From IMG/VR virus record IMGVR_UViG_3300046517_001051, positions 2,404 through 66,403 of that record: a stretch of 64,000 nucleotides of DNA; one strand, 5' to 3'. The stretch is from a virus. This document shows, one piece after another, positions 1-8,155 of this stretch. Positions within the stretch are counted from its first letter, which is position 1; the number at the start of each line of letters is the position of its first letter. Position numbers and translations under genes: made by a program. The notes under the pieces were generated by a model. That model searched no databases and had not been told where the DNA came from. It saw only the letters and a program-made list of their open reading frames with translations.

Positions 1-224
1 GCCACACGAGCAGATTCCGCCTCGGGCGTGTCGGACTGCAGCGCGAGGTCGTAGATCTTCGTCAGCCGCACGAGGATGGCGCGGCTGAGGTCGATCTCAT
101 AGTCGAGCGAGTGGCGATCTACACCCAGGCCCTCGACCCGCTCCATCAGCGACGCGAACTTCCCGCTGAGACCCTGCGTGTAGGGGCTCCGCGGTGCGCG
201 GGGTGCGATGATGACCTCAGTCAA
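1..224 (-). CDS. Probable terminase small subunit, N-terminal part (runs off window)
   Basis: Manual translation from TTG at 224: MTEVIIAPRAPRSPYTQGLSGKFASLMERVEGLGVDRHSLDYEIDLSRAIL..., with a TerS-like 'SLDxEIxLxRA' helix. Position follows the replication/VRR-NUC genes, and the other window edge ends in head genes. Confidence 0.45.
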   Translation of the reverse strand, partial: MTEVIIAPRAPRSPYTQGLSGKFASLMERVEGLGVDRHSLDYEIDLSRAILVRLTKIYDLALQSDTPEAESARV

Positions 225-244
225 GGTAGCGCTCCACTATACCG

Positions 245-979
245 TCACTCTGGGTTCTGCGGCGCCCACGAAATGTCGTAGTCATCTGCCAGCGGCCGAG
301 CATCTTCTGGCTCATCCGGCATGTCGATGCGACGAGACTTGTGCTTCCCGTGACGAAGTGACGTCGGCTTCACGATGATCGGGATCTCCTCGTCCATCAC
401 GTTGAGGTAGTATGGCGGGTCCTCGATGAATGACTCGTCCCTGTCACGATCTGGCGTGATGACACTGTCGTCGTGGTAGAGGAATGGAGTCCGAGTCTTC
501 CCACGCATGAAGTCGCCAAACGGCCTCCACGCCTCCATCATCTTGTTGAAGCCCTTGTAGCCTTCCTTCCAGAGCTGCTTCAGGACGATCATCAGCCGCT
601 CGGCCGTGCGCCAGTTGACACGGTCCTGCATCTCCATCTTGAACATGTTCGATGGCGCGCAGCCCATTCTCTCGGCGAGCATCGTCAGCGTCACCTTTGG
701 TCGCAGCATCTTGCGCCAGCGACCAATTTGCCCTCTCCCGAACAAGACCTTGCGCGGGTGGCCAATCTTCTTGCAGCTCTGGCAGATGACCCTGTCGCCA
801 TAGTACTTCGACATGGCGCTCGGCTGCCGCTGGTGCAGGCACCACGCACAGCGCGGCACCGTTGCTTCATAGATCGGCTCCCGCGAGTAGGGGATCTGGT
901 CCTCCCACTCACGGATCTTCTCCCGCTGCTCAGCGGGTGCGTCGTACATCGCACGCTTGGCGTTCTTGTAGTGATTCAT
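245..979 (-). CDS. Zn-finger + HTH DNA-binding protein
   Basis: ATG at 979 overlaps the upstream stop. CAWC...CQSC pair, then XRE-like 'TLTMLAERMGCAPSNMFKME'. Confidence 0.6.
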   Translation of the reverse strand: MNHYKNAKRAMYDAPAEQREKIREWEDQIPYSREPIYEATVPRCAWCLHQRQPSAMSKYYGDRVICQSCKKIGHPRKVLFGRGQIGRWRKMLRPKVTLTMLAERMGCAPSNMFKMEMQDRVNWRTAERLMIVLKQLWKEGYKGFNKMMEAWRPFGDFMRGKTRTPFLYHDDSVITPDRDRDESFIEDPPYYLNVMDEEIPIIVKPTSLRHGKHKSRRIDMPDEPEDARPLADDYDISWAPQNPE

Positions 980-1224
980 CGCGTCGCTCCTCTGCGCTTC
1001 TCGCACTGCCTGTGCGTCTTCATGCAACCGATGGAGCAGAATAGGTCGAAGAGTCTCTCTGGCTCGGTGTGGCTGCCGTCGTCGAGTTCGAGTTGCGAGT
1101 AGTATGCGAAGAGGTGACGCCGATCTACACAGCCGCACCACTGGCACGTCTCTCCTTGCGTCACGCGCACCGTCTCTCGAAGGATCGACTCACGAGTGAA
1201 TGCGTTTCGAGAAACCTCTTTCAT
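976..1224 (-). CDS. Small Cys-containing hypothetical phage protein
   Basis: AGGAGG RBS upstream; CQWC and FCSIGC motifs. Confidence 0.6.
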   Translation of the reverse strand: MKEVSRNAFTRESILRETVRVTQGETCQWCGCVDRRHLFAYYSQLELDDGSHTEPERLFDLFCSIGCMKTHRQCEKRRGATR

Positions 1225-1302
1225 GAGTTGGCGACCTCCTTGCCCTCCCGGAAGAAACGAGTCATCGGTGGATTCAGCAGCACAGGTTAGGGTTTCGTTA
1301 GG

Positions 1303-1518
1303 GAAAAACAGCTCTTTTTATACTAGATAACGGGGCTCGTTCGACGTAGTCCTGCACCCAGAGACCTCTCTCTCTCGTGATCCCTCTCTATCTCTCTCTC
1401 TCTCTCTTTCTCAAAAATCCCAGAGAGATAGATAGATAGATAGATTTAGAGAGAGAGGGGGTTACCGCACCGGTAGGAAGCGGGCCCCGTTATCTAGTAT
1501 AAAAAGAGCTGATTTTTC
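1303..1518. repeat. AT-rich long inverted repeat enclosing (CT)n/(GATA)n microsatellites; candidate replication origin
   Basis: Perfect 28-bp inverted repeat at 1309-1336 and 1484-1511 (CAGCTCTTTTTATACTAGATAACGGGGC). Inner CTCTCT and GAGA/GATA tracts are partly complementary. The region is non-coding. Confidence 0.85.
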
Positions 1519-1534
1519 GCCTCCGTCTTCAGCC

Positions 1535-1924
1535 CTAACTCCTTACCTCTAAACGACTTACGTCGATTCCCCGGTAATACCATATCAGCTCCTCAACTTT
1601 ATCCTTTTCAATCTTCAGCTCCCTCGCAACCCCGTTCACAGCCGGAATCGACCTCGCAACCATTGTGCGACGGTCCGCAGAGAGTCGCAGGACCGCGACA
1701 GGCTCGCCAGCATCCGCGAGTCGCTGCATGACGATGCGCTGGATCGTGCTGACCTCGCCATCAGCCATCTTCAACTCGATCCAACCTCTGCCATCGCGAT
1801 GAGCGAAGTAGAGATCTGGCCACCCCGCCTCTTGCGTTGCGTGACCATGGATAGAGAACACCGCAGCGCCGCGTGCCTTCAGCGCAGCCTTCAGCTCCGC
1901 CTTCCACGCCGCTTCATTCTTCAT
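1535..1924 (-). CDS. VRR-NUC (PD-(D/E)XK) nuclease / Holliday junction resolvase
   Basis: MKNEAAWK...AGWPDL...WIELK...STIQ motif pattern. Confidence 0.85.
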   Translation of the reverse strand: MKNEAAWKAELKAALKARGAAVFSIHGHATQEAGWPDLYFAHRDGRGWIELKMADGEVSTIQRIVMQRLADAGEPVAVLRLSADRRTMVARSIPAVNGVARELKIEKDKVEELIWYYRGIDVSRLEVRS

Positions 1925-2669
1925 TGCCGTTCCTCGCAGAGAGCAACAACCACCGCATCTCGTGCTTCGCTTCCTCAGCGATCTGGCAGGCACGCTGGCG
2001 GGAGATGCATTCCGCCTTCGCGATCTCGCGGCCGACTTCAGCGTCGACGACGATCCTGCGCAGGATCCGCAACATCCGCGCGCCACTCTCCGAAGCGCCG
2101 AGAGTTCCCTCAGCAGCAGTGAGCCACTCCTCATCCTCGTGAGCCTCCGCCTCACAACGGTGCGGCGTTGGAGCAGGAACGACGTCACCGAGGGGACGCG
2201 CGACAGCCGGGCTCACATCCGCGTCGAGGCTCGCATGAGTCACCGTCGCTCCCCGCTTCGCCCGTCCACAGAACTTCGTCGCCCAGCCAACGGCGAAGCA
2301 GGCATTGGCATAGAGCCAGCTCGCGAGCGCAGAGTCCTTCGACTCGTCGAACGTCCGGAGGCCGCGGATGAGTCCGATGAGCGCCACCTGGACGACGTCG
2401 TCGAGGTCGTAGCCGGCCGAGCGCAGGACGCGGTTGAAACGGCGCCGGGCGACGACTACGGCTAGACCGTAATTGACTCGGACGAGCGCCTCCTCGTCCT
2501 CGACGGGCCGGGCCGGGATCAGGGAGCCGGCCCAGTCCATCCGGACGACCGCTCCGCCCGCGGGGAGGGGCCGCCCCGGCCCGATCGACTCGGGGGCCGG
2601 CCGGCGGGGGCCTCCCCTCTCCCGGGCGCCACTACGGGGCTCCGGCGGCGCCTCGGCGGGGCGACTCAT
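1914..2669 (-). CDS. Phage sigma-70-family RNA polymerase sigma factor (true start may be 2540)
   Basis: Region 2 'NYGLAVVVARR...DLDDVVQVALIGLIRGLRTFDESK', 'SLDA', and region 4 HTH 'EIAKAECISRQRACQI'. Confidence 0.85.
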   Translation of the reverse strand: MSRPAEAPPEPRSGARERGGPRRPAPESIGPGRPLPAGGAVVRMDWAGSLIPARPVEDEEALVRVNYGLAVVVARRRFNRVLRSAGYDLDDVVQVALIGLIRGLRTFDESKDSALASWLYANACFAVGWATKFCGRAKRGATVTHASLDADVSPAVARPLGDVVPAPTPHRCEAEAHEDEEWLTAAEGTLGASESGARMLRILRRIVVDAEVGREIAKAECISRQRACQIAEEAKHEMRWLLLSARNGNEE

Positions 2670-2977
2670 GGGCGAGCGATCGGCGGGAGGGCCGCAAGCG
2701 ACTCAGCAACGCCGGGCTCTTGGAGCGCGAGGGCGGAGCAGGCTTTCGCCCACGCCGTCGCACCGAGCGGCGCCATCCCTGAGTAGCCGATGCCGCGGTG
2801 AGGACGGCCCGCGCCATCCGTCACGAGCACCTCAGCGATCCAATCACCGATGCTGGTCGGGTGTGCGTAGAACCTCGTCCTTGCCTCGCAACCCCAGCGT
2901 CGCGACGCCCAGATCTGGGCCGTCTGCTCGTTCATGTCGGGGCGGATGCCGCCGACGATCGAGTCGGCGGGGCTCAC
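2666..2977 (-). CDS. Hypothetical protein
   Basis: Stop/start overlaps with both neighbours. Confidence 0.5.
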   Translation of the reverse strand: MSPADSIVGGIRPDMNEQTAQIWASRRWGCEARTRFYAHPTSIGDWIAEVLVTDGAGRPHRGIGYSGMAPLGATAWAKACSALALQEPGVAESLAALPPIARP

Positions 2978-3165
2978 AGCGTCTTCTCCCGGAGCAGGGC
3001 GCGGATGCCGGCAGCTTGGGCTTCGAGCAGCGCCGCCTCCGCGCGCTCGACGGTCGGGAACGCCGTGGAGCGCATCATGTCGGGATAGTGGACGACGCGG
3101 CCCTCAGCGAGCGCCAGGCGCCAGTCCGCGCGAATCTTCCGCGTTGCTCCCTTCTGGCTCTTCAT
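2974..3165 (-). CDS. Small hypothetical protein, paralog of 37515..37703
   Basis: ATGA overlap; shared EGRVVxY...FxTxxxA...G pattern. Confidence 0.6.
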   Translation of the reverse strand: MKSQKGATRKIRADWRLALAEGRVVHYPDMMRSTAFPTVERAEAALLEAQAAGIRALLREKTL

Positions 3166-3386
3166 GACACATCTTCTTTCTGGACGTCGTGACCCCAAAT
3201 CTTGAGTTCCCGGTTCCAAGCCAGAACCGTTTCGGCCTTTGGGAAGGCAGTCACCTGATGGTCCCGGCAGCCCAGAGTCCAATACTTGAACCCGGAGACC
3301 GAGGTGATCGCCTTCACCGAGGGATAGCGACCGCAGACCGAGCACCTCTTGGCGCGTGAAGAACGCTTTGCTTGCTTGGTTGCCAT
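3162..3386 (-). CDS. Lar-like (restriction alleviation) Zn-ribbon protein
   Basis: CSVCG...C...AWN signature. Confidence 0.5.
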   Translation of the reverse strand: MATKQAKRSSRAKRCSVCGRYPSVKAITSVSGFKYWTLGCRDHQVTAFPKAETVLAWNRELKIWGHDVQKEDVS

Positions 3387-3394
3387 GCGGCTCT

Positions 3395-3664
3395 TCACGA
3401 CGCACCGCCTTCGGGCTTCTCGTCGGCCCATGGCGTCCCGCCCAGTGCTCGGATCTTCTCGCGCAGTGCGACGCACTCCGCAGCAAGCTTCCCGTCGGGA
3501 TCGCCATAGTCGCTGATCTCGTTCTCGATACCCCCGAGTTCGTAGCATTCGGCGCAGGCGCCGACGTCCGCGCCATCAGCGCCCGTCTTCCGGGTCAACC
3601 GGCCGCAGCAACGGCAGGTGTAGCAGCCTGAGCCGCGGGCGAAGCGATTGGAAGGGGCGCTCAC
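3395..3664 (-). CDS. Cys-rich hypothetical phage protein
   Basis: CRCCGRLTR...CAECYE; GGAGGTG RBS. Confidence 0.6.
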   Translation of the reverse strand: MSAPSNRFARGSGCYTCRCCGRLTRKTGADGADVGACAECYELGGIENEISDYGDPDGKLAAECVALREKIRALGGTPWADEKPEGGAS

Positions 3665-3927
3665 AGCTCACCTCCGATCTTCGCGAGCAGCTCGCGGACC
3701 TCGTCCAGCTCCGAGTTCGTCATCGTCTTCGACCAGCGGGCGCCGCCCGTGCAGCGCTCAACGAGGTCGACGGCCGCGTCGAACCACTCCGGCGCTCCGG
3801 CCGCGGAGTTCTCCGGGCCGGCCTCGCCGACGACGCCATCAATGGCGATCGCGAGGGCGTTGTGGCGGAGGCGCTCGATGTTGACTTCCATCTTCGAGAC
3901 CCAGATCGTGGCGGCGGTAAGTTTCAC
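3661..3927 (-). CDS. Hypothetical protein
   Basis: GGAGG RBS and GTGA overlap. Confidence 0.6.
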   Translation of the reverse strand: MKLTAATIWVSKMEVNIERLRHNALAIAIDGVVGEAGPENSAAGAPEWFDAAVDLVERCTGGARWSKTMTNSELDEVRELLAKIGGEL

Positions 3928-4322
3928 AGTGCCACCTCCTTCGTCACCTGCGCCGTCGTCCGAGCGAGATCCGTCACCGCGCCGACGATCATCGAGTCGA
4001 TCTGGGCCGTCAGGTCGTTGAAGCCGCGGACGAAGTCAGCGAGCATCCGGCCGGCCTCATCGCGGATTCGCTGCTGGGTCGCGTTGCGGAGGTAGGCGCT
4101 GCGCTCGGCGTCGTAGTCGCCCTCGGCGAGCCGGGTCTCGGTCCGAGCGATCTCCTTCGTCATGTCGGCGACGATGATCGCGCGAATCGCGGAGCGGACC
4201 GACATCTCCGAGAGGTCGTTGTTGATCACGGAGGCGACCTCGCGCGCGCGGCGCTCGGCGAGGTAGAGGTTCTGGGTCTTCTCGGCGGCCAGAGCGAGCA
4301 GCAGGTTCACGTTCGTCGTCAT
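3924..4322 (-). CDS. Hypothetical helical protein, first gene after a promoter
   Basis: AGGA RBS and ATG at 4322. Confidence 0.65.
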   Translation of the reverse strand: MTTNVNLLLALAAEKTQNLYLAERRAREVASVINNDLSEMSVRSAIRAIIVADMTKEIARTETRLAEGDYDAERSAYLRNATQQRIRDEAGRMLADFVRGFNDLTAQIDSMIVGAVTDLARTTAQVTKEVAL

Positions 4323-4369
4323 GTTTAGTTTCCTGTAAAGGGAGCGTCGCGGGGTCAGCCGCAACGAGG

Positions 4370-4454
4370 ACAACGCTACCCTATCGGCCGGAAAACGCTA
4401 CCTCTTTCCAAGAAAAACTTTGTAGACCTAACTCGACTTAGATCAACGACTTAC
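4370..4454 (-). promoter_or_regulatory. Putative promoter (GAAA-N16-GCCGATAG) with upstream 27-bp spaced palindrome
   Basis: AT-rich intergenic region with the same architecture as 37965-38044. Confidence 0.5.
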
Positions 4455-5068
4455 GGCGACCGGCGGAAGAAGCTGACGAGCCGGACGCGGTGGTTGGTCG
4501 AGCGGACGAGCCCGATGTGGCCCCAGGTTTCCCAGTCGCGCTTCTCGTGCATCGGCCACCGCGTGTCGAGCCAGACGAGAGTCGCGCCCGGCCGCGCCGC
4601 GCGCCAGAGACCGCGAAGGACGGCCGCGCAATTCGGCATCGGGTGGTCGTAGCGTGCCGCGTCCTCGACGGAGTAGGGCGGGTCGGCGAGGATCAGGTCG
4701 AACGCCTCCACCCAGCTCGCCGGCAGCGCATCCGCCTCGCACTGCGTCGTCGGGAAGCGGCCGGCCTCCGGACCCTTCGCGTCGACCAGCTCGACTCGCG
4801 CGAGGCGCTTGCAGAACCTCGCCGCCTCGCTCGTCGCCGTCGCGATGTCGAGCCCGCCGCTGAAGAGATGGAGCACGCTCGTCGCCTCGGGGAACATGCA
4901 GTGCACCCGTTCGAGGTAGCCGCGCGGGTACGCGCCATAGAGTTGGTTGGGATTCTTGTAGGCGGCGCCGATGCACCACGTCCCCGTGAGCCATCCCTTC
5001 GACGCGCCGAGCGACGGGCGATCGGGGAAGTGCTCGGAGTAGAGCCGGGCGCAGGTCTTGGCGATCAC
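4451..5068 (-). CDS. Amino (N6-A/N4-C) DNA methyltransferase
   Basis: SAM-binding 'VLHLFSG' and catalytic 'FDLILADPPY'; GTG start at 5068. Confidence 0.8.
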   Translation of the reverse strand: MIAKTCARLYSEHFPDRPSLGASKGWLTGTWCIGAAYKNPNQLYGAYPRGYLERVHCMFPEATSVLHLFSGGLDIATATSEAARFCKRLARVELVDAKGPEAGRFPTTQCEADALPASWVEAFDLILADPPYSVEDAARYDHPMPNCAAVLRGLWRAARPGATLVWLDTRWPMHEKRDWETWGHIGLVRSTNHRVRLVSFFRRSP

Positions 5069-5274
5069 AGCTCCGCCATCCTCGGGATCCGCTTCCCGTT
5101 GAGGCCGATCCTCGCAACTCGGTGCCGCATTGCGCGGCGGCCGAGGCTCCGCACCCAGGTCTCCATCTTCCATGTGGAGCCGTACGCCTCCTCGGCCTCC
5201 AGGAGTCGCAGCGCCCCGCGCAGGACCTCGGCGCCGAAGCGCGCGAGGGCTCGGTCTAGCTGTTGCTGGTTCAT
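5065..5274 (-). CDS. Hypothetical protein
   Basis: Fills the gap between coupled genes. Confidence 0.45.
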   Translation of the reverse strand: MNQQQLDRALARFGAEVLRGALRLLEAEEAYGSTWKMETWVRSLGRRAMRHRVARIGLNGKRIPRMAEL

Positions 5275-5532
5275 TCAGTTCGTCCTGAGTAGGTAGGCGT
5301 TGTATTCGAGGCGCAGCGTGACACCCTCTCGCGTCCACTCGCAGTACGCGTCGCTTCGGTAGTTGTAGTCGCGCGCCGTGATGAACAGCTCGCGCGGAAC
5401 CGGCACGCCGGCTTTCTGGAAGGCTATGCCGATGAGGTTGTTGATGACGATCAGCTCGTAGTGTTGGTCCGTCTCGATGAGATAGATCCGTCCCGCGCCC
5501 TTTGGCCTCGGCGGGTGGACGCGGACCGCCAC
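5275..5532 (-). CDS. Hypothetical protein
   Basis: Start overlaps the polymerase stop. Confidence 0.5.
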   Translation of the reverse strand: MAVRVHPPRPKGAGRIYLIETDQHYELIVINNLIGIAFQKAGVPVPRELFITARDYNYRSDAYCEWTREGVTLRLEYNAYLLRTN

Positions 5533-7442
5533 TAGTGGCCCCAGGTATCCGTGACAATCTCGTGGTCGACGCGCAACGGCACGCTGAGGCGCATCTCCCG
5601 CTCCTCCAGTCGGTCGATGATGGGCTGCTGGAACTCGCGGAGTGCCTCCACCTTCCCGTGCCAGAGGATGGCGTCATGGACGTTGACGCGCTGGGTGATG
5701 CCGGCTGCCTTCAGCTCGGGCCAGTAGCGCGGCGCCGTCGCGATCATGCGGCGCTTGATGAGGTCCATCGCCGAGCCCTGGCAGACGGTGTTGAATGCCT
5801 TGTGCGCGCCCTTCGGCGGGAGGTGGCGCCGGCGGCCGTAGAGGTTGTAGACGTAGCCGCGCCGGGCGGCGGTGTTCTCGGCGTAGCGCGACGTGGCTCG
5901 GAGGGTCGGCAGCCTCTGGTGGTAGGTGAGGTAGATGTCCTCGCCCTTCTCGGCGCAGAGTTCCTTGTGCGCGGCGAGCCGGCCCGACTCCTCGATCTCG
6001 CCGGCAGCAATCATGCGCTCGACGGCGGCGGTGACCTCGGCGATGACGTCCTCGTTTCCCGCGAGACCGGCGACGGTGCGGCGCTGGCCGGCGCCGAATG
6101 CCATGGCGAAATTGATCGTCTTCGCCGGCTTGCGTTTGATGCGGCAGAGGTCCGCCACCCACTGGTGGAAGTCCGTCTTGGGATCCTCGTTGTAGGCGCG
6201 GATGATGTCTTGGTTCTGGATGTAGTGGGCGATGATGCGGAACTCGATCTGGCTGTAGTCCGCGATGAGGAACCCATCGCCGGGGCCGTCGGTGTGGATG
6301 AGAAGCTTGGCTCGCTCGTCGAACTGCTGCGTGTTCGGCGCGGAGCAGCTCATGCGGCCGGTGCGGACGACTTGGTTGTAGCGCCCGTGGACGAGGTTGT
6401 TGGGGTCCGCGTTCTCCAAGAAGCCGCTGACGAACAGCGAGCGGTAGGTCGACTCCTTCCGCAGCGCCGCCATCGACTTCACGACCTCGTAGCGCAGAGG
6501 ATTGTGGACCACCTCGGGGTGGACGAGGTAGAGCTTCAGGGCGTCCTTGTCGAAGGACGGATTGCCACCGCCCTTCGTCCTCGCCAAGATCGGCAGGCCC
6601 CACATCGCCACCAGCAGCTCGTAGGCGAATGCGGGGCCGTCGGCATATTCCAACTTGGTCAGCTCGTTGATGCGCGTGGCCAACTGGATCTGCTTGTAGA
6701 TGGACTTGACGTCCTCCTTCATGAGCTGCCCGCGGTCGACGCGGAGGCCCGCCTTCTCCATGTCCCAGAGCACTGGCGTGAGCAGCTTCTCCATCTCCCA
6801 CGTCGGGCGCACGCCCTCGACGAGGTTCTTGTCGATGAAGTGGAATAGGGTGCGGTTGTTGAGGACGTCGTCGCAGGTGTAGCCGGCCATGAGGTCCGCC
6901 GGCACGAGGGCGTAGTCATTCGCCTTCCGGTTGCGCGGCAGCTTGTAGCCGTCGAGCCAGGTCCGCACGTCCATCGCGCTCGTCTGGTCGATGTTGAGCC
7001 AATCGCGGGCGAGCTGCTTCAGGCCATACTCCATCAGGTCCGACTCGTGGCACTTCGCCATCGTGAGGGTGCAGTGCGTCTTCCCGCTGGCCAGCTCGGC
7101 GCCATCCGCCGCGGCGAAATGAGCATCAAAGTTGACGTGGTGGTTGATCCACTCGTCGGAGACCTTCAGCAGGTCTTGCAACCACCGCAGAGCCGGCTCC
7201 AGCTCAATGTTCATCTTCGAGTTGCGGTGTCGCAGCGGCACGTAGTGCGCCGGGCCGTCGTCGTCGAATGCCAGCGCCCATCCACACGCTCGGTCGCCGA
7301 GGTATGGATCGTTGCCCGACTCGTTCAGCTCCTCGCCCCGCCGCCTCGTCTCGCAGTCGAGGAAGATGCGCGCGCCGGGTCGCGGTGCAGGCAGCTCCGT
7401 CGAGTTCTCGACCATGAAGTGTCTCGGCCCTACTTGCAGCAT
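5532..7442 (-). CDS. polA: Family A DNA polymerase with 3'-5' exonuclease
   Basis: ExoI 'FLDCET', ExoII 'HHVNFD', 'RTGRMSCSAPNTQQ', motif A 'ADYSQIEFR', motif B 'RKPAKTINFAMAFG', motif C 'VHDA'; ATG at 7442. Confidence 0.95.
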   Translation of the reverse strand: MLQVGPRHFMVENSTELPAPRPGARIFLDCETRRRGEELNESGNDPYLGDRACGWALAFDDDGPAHYVPLRHRNSKMNIELEPALRWLQDLLKVSDEWINHHVNFDAHFAAADGAELASGKTHCTLTMAKCHESDLMEYGLKQLARDWLNIDQTSAMDVRTWLDGYKLPRNRKANDYALVPADLMAGYTCDDVLNNRTLFHFIDKNLVEGVRPTWEMEKLLTPVLWDMEKAGLRVDRGQLMKEDVKSIYKQIQLATRINELTKLEYADGPAFAYELLVAMWGLPILARTKGGGNPSFDKDALKLYLVHPEVVHNPLRYEVVKSMAALRKESTYRSLFVSGFLENADPNNLVHGRYNQVVRTGRMSCSAPNTQQFDERAKLLIHTDGPGDGFLIADYSQIEFRIIAHYIQNQDIIRAYNEDPKTDFHQWVADLCRIKRKPAKTINFAMAFGAGQRRTVAGLAGNEDVIAEVTAAVERMIAAGEIEESGRLAAHKELCAEKGEDIYLTYHQRLPTLRATSRYAENTAARRGYVYNLYGRRRHLPPKGAHKAFNTVCQGSAMDLIKRRMIATAPRYWPELKAAGITQRVNVHDAILWHGKVEALREFQQPIIDRLEEREMRLSVPLRVDHEIVTDTWGH

Positions 7443-8155
7443 AGGCTCCTCGGTATCAGTGAGGTGTCGATCCCAACGGCGTCGTGGCGCTTCACCCAGA
7501 GTTGCGCGAGGCAGCAGGCGACCTCGGTGCCGAAGATCTCGGCGTCGTCGATCACCTTCTCTAGCTCGCCGAGGGTCGCGATGCTGGGGAGCGCCGCCTT
7601 GATCCTCGTCGCCCGAGCGATCAGCTCCCCGGTCGTGACCTGGACCGGGTCGAAGTCGAGGTCTTCCGGGTTGGCCCTCTGGCGCCGTAGGGCTCGTTCT
7701 GCGCCCGCCGGGTCCGAGAGGACCACTCGGCCTATGGTGTAGACGAAGTCGCCTAGCTGAGCCCCCAGCGCCGCGGAGACGAGCCCCTGGAGCCGGCTTA
7801 GGCAGAAGCACTCGACGACCAACTCGACCCAGGCGTCGACGAGGTTGCTCTGGGCGACGAGGCTGAGCGCGCCGTTGGACCGGCAGAAGGTCATCGAGAC
7901 GTTCGGGTCCGGCCACGTCACGACGTCGACGTGCTCGAAGGCAGCGACGACCTGCTGGATCGGCGCCTGCCACTCGGGCAGCAGCGACATGAGTTCCTCC
8001 GCCATCGTGACGGACGGGAATCCTCGCGTCCAGAAGTGCGACAGCGGGTTGCCGATGCTGAGACTGGCGCCGACGAGCGGGCCGCGCTTTAGCAGCTCGC
8101 GGAGCAGCTCGCAGTAGACGGGGTCGAACTCGGGATAGCTGAGGCGGAGGGTCAT
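7430..8155 (-). CDS. Degenerate (probably inactive) thymidylate-synthase-fold protein
   Basis: TS-like N-terminus 'FDPVYCELLRELLKRG' and C-terminal 'LSLVAQSNLVDAW...CFCLSRLQGLVSAALGAQLGDFVYTIG'. The catalytic PC, RSxD and HxY motifs are absent. Confidence 0.6.
   Translation of the reverse strand: MTLRLSYPEFDPVYCELLRELLKRGPLVGASLSIGNPLSHFWTRGFPSVTMAEELMSLLPEWQAPIQQVVAAFEHVDVVTWPDPNVSMTFCRSNGALSLVAQSNLVDAWVELVVECFCLSRLQGLVSAALGAQLGDFVYTIGRVVLSDPAGAERALRRQRANPEDLDFDPVQVTTGELIARATRIKAALPSIATLGELEKVIDDAEIFGTEVACCLAQLWVKRHDAVGIDTSLIPRSLCCK

Noticed and set aside
4451-7973. Extended N-termini given by the ORF track (4451..5677, 5532..7973, also 27563..29341)
   Set aside because: The extensions overlap other credible genes; internal starts with RBS or stop-start overlap fit better.
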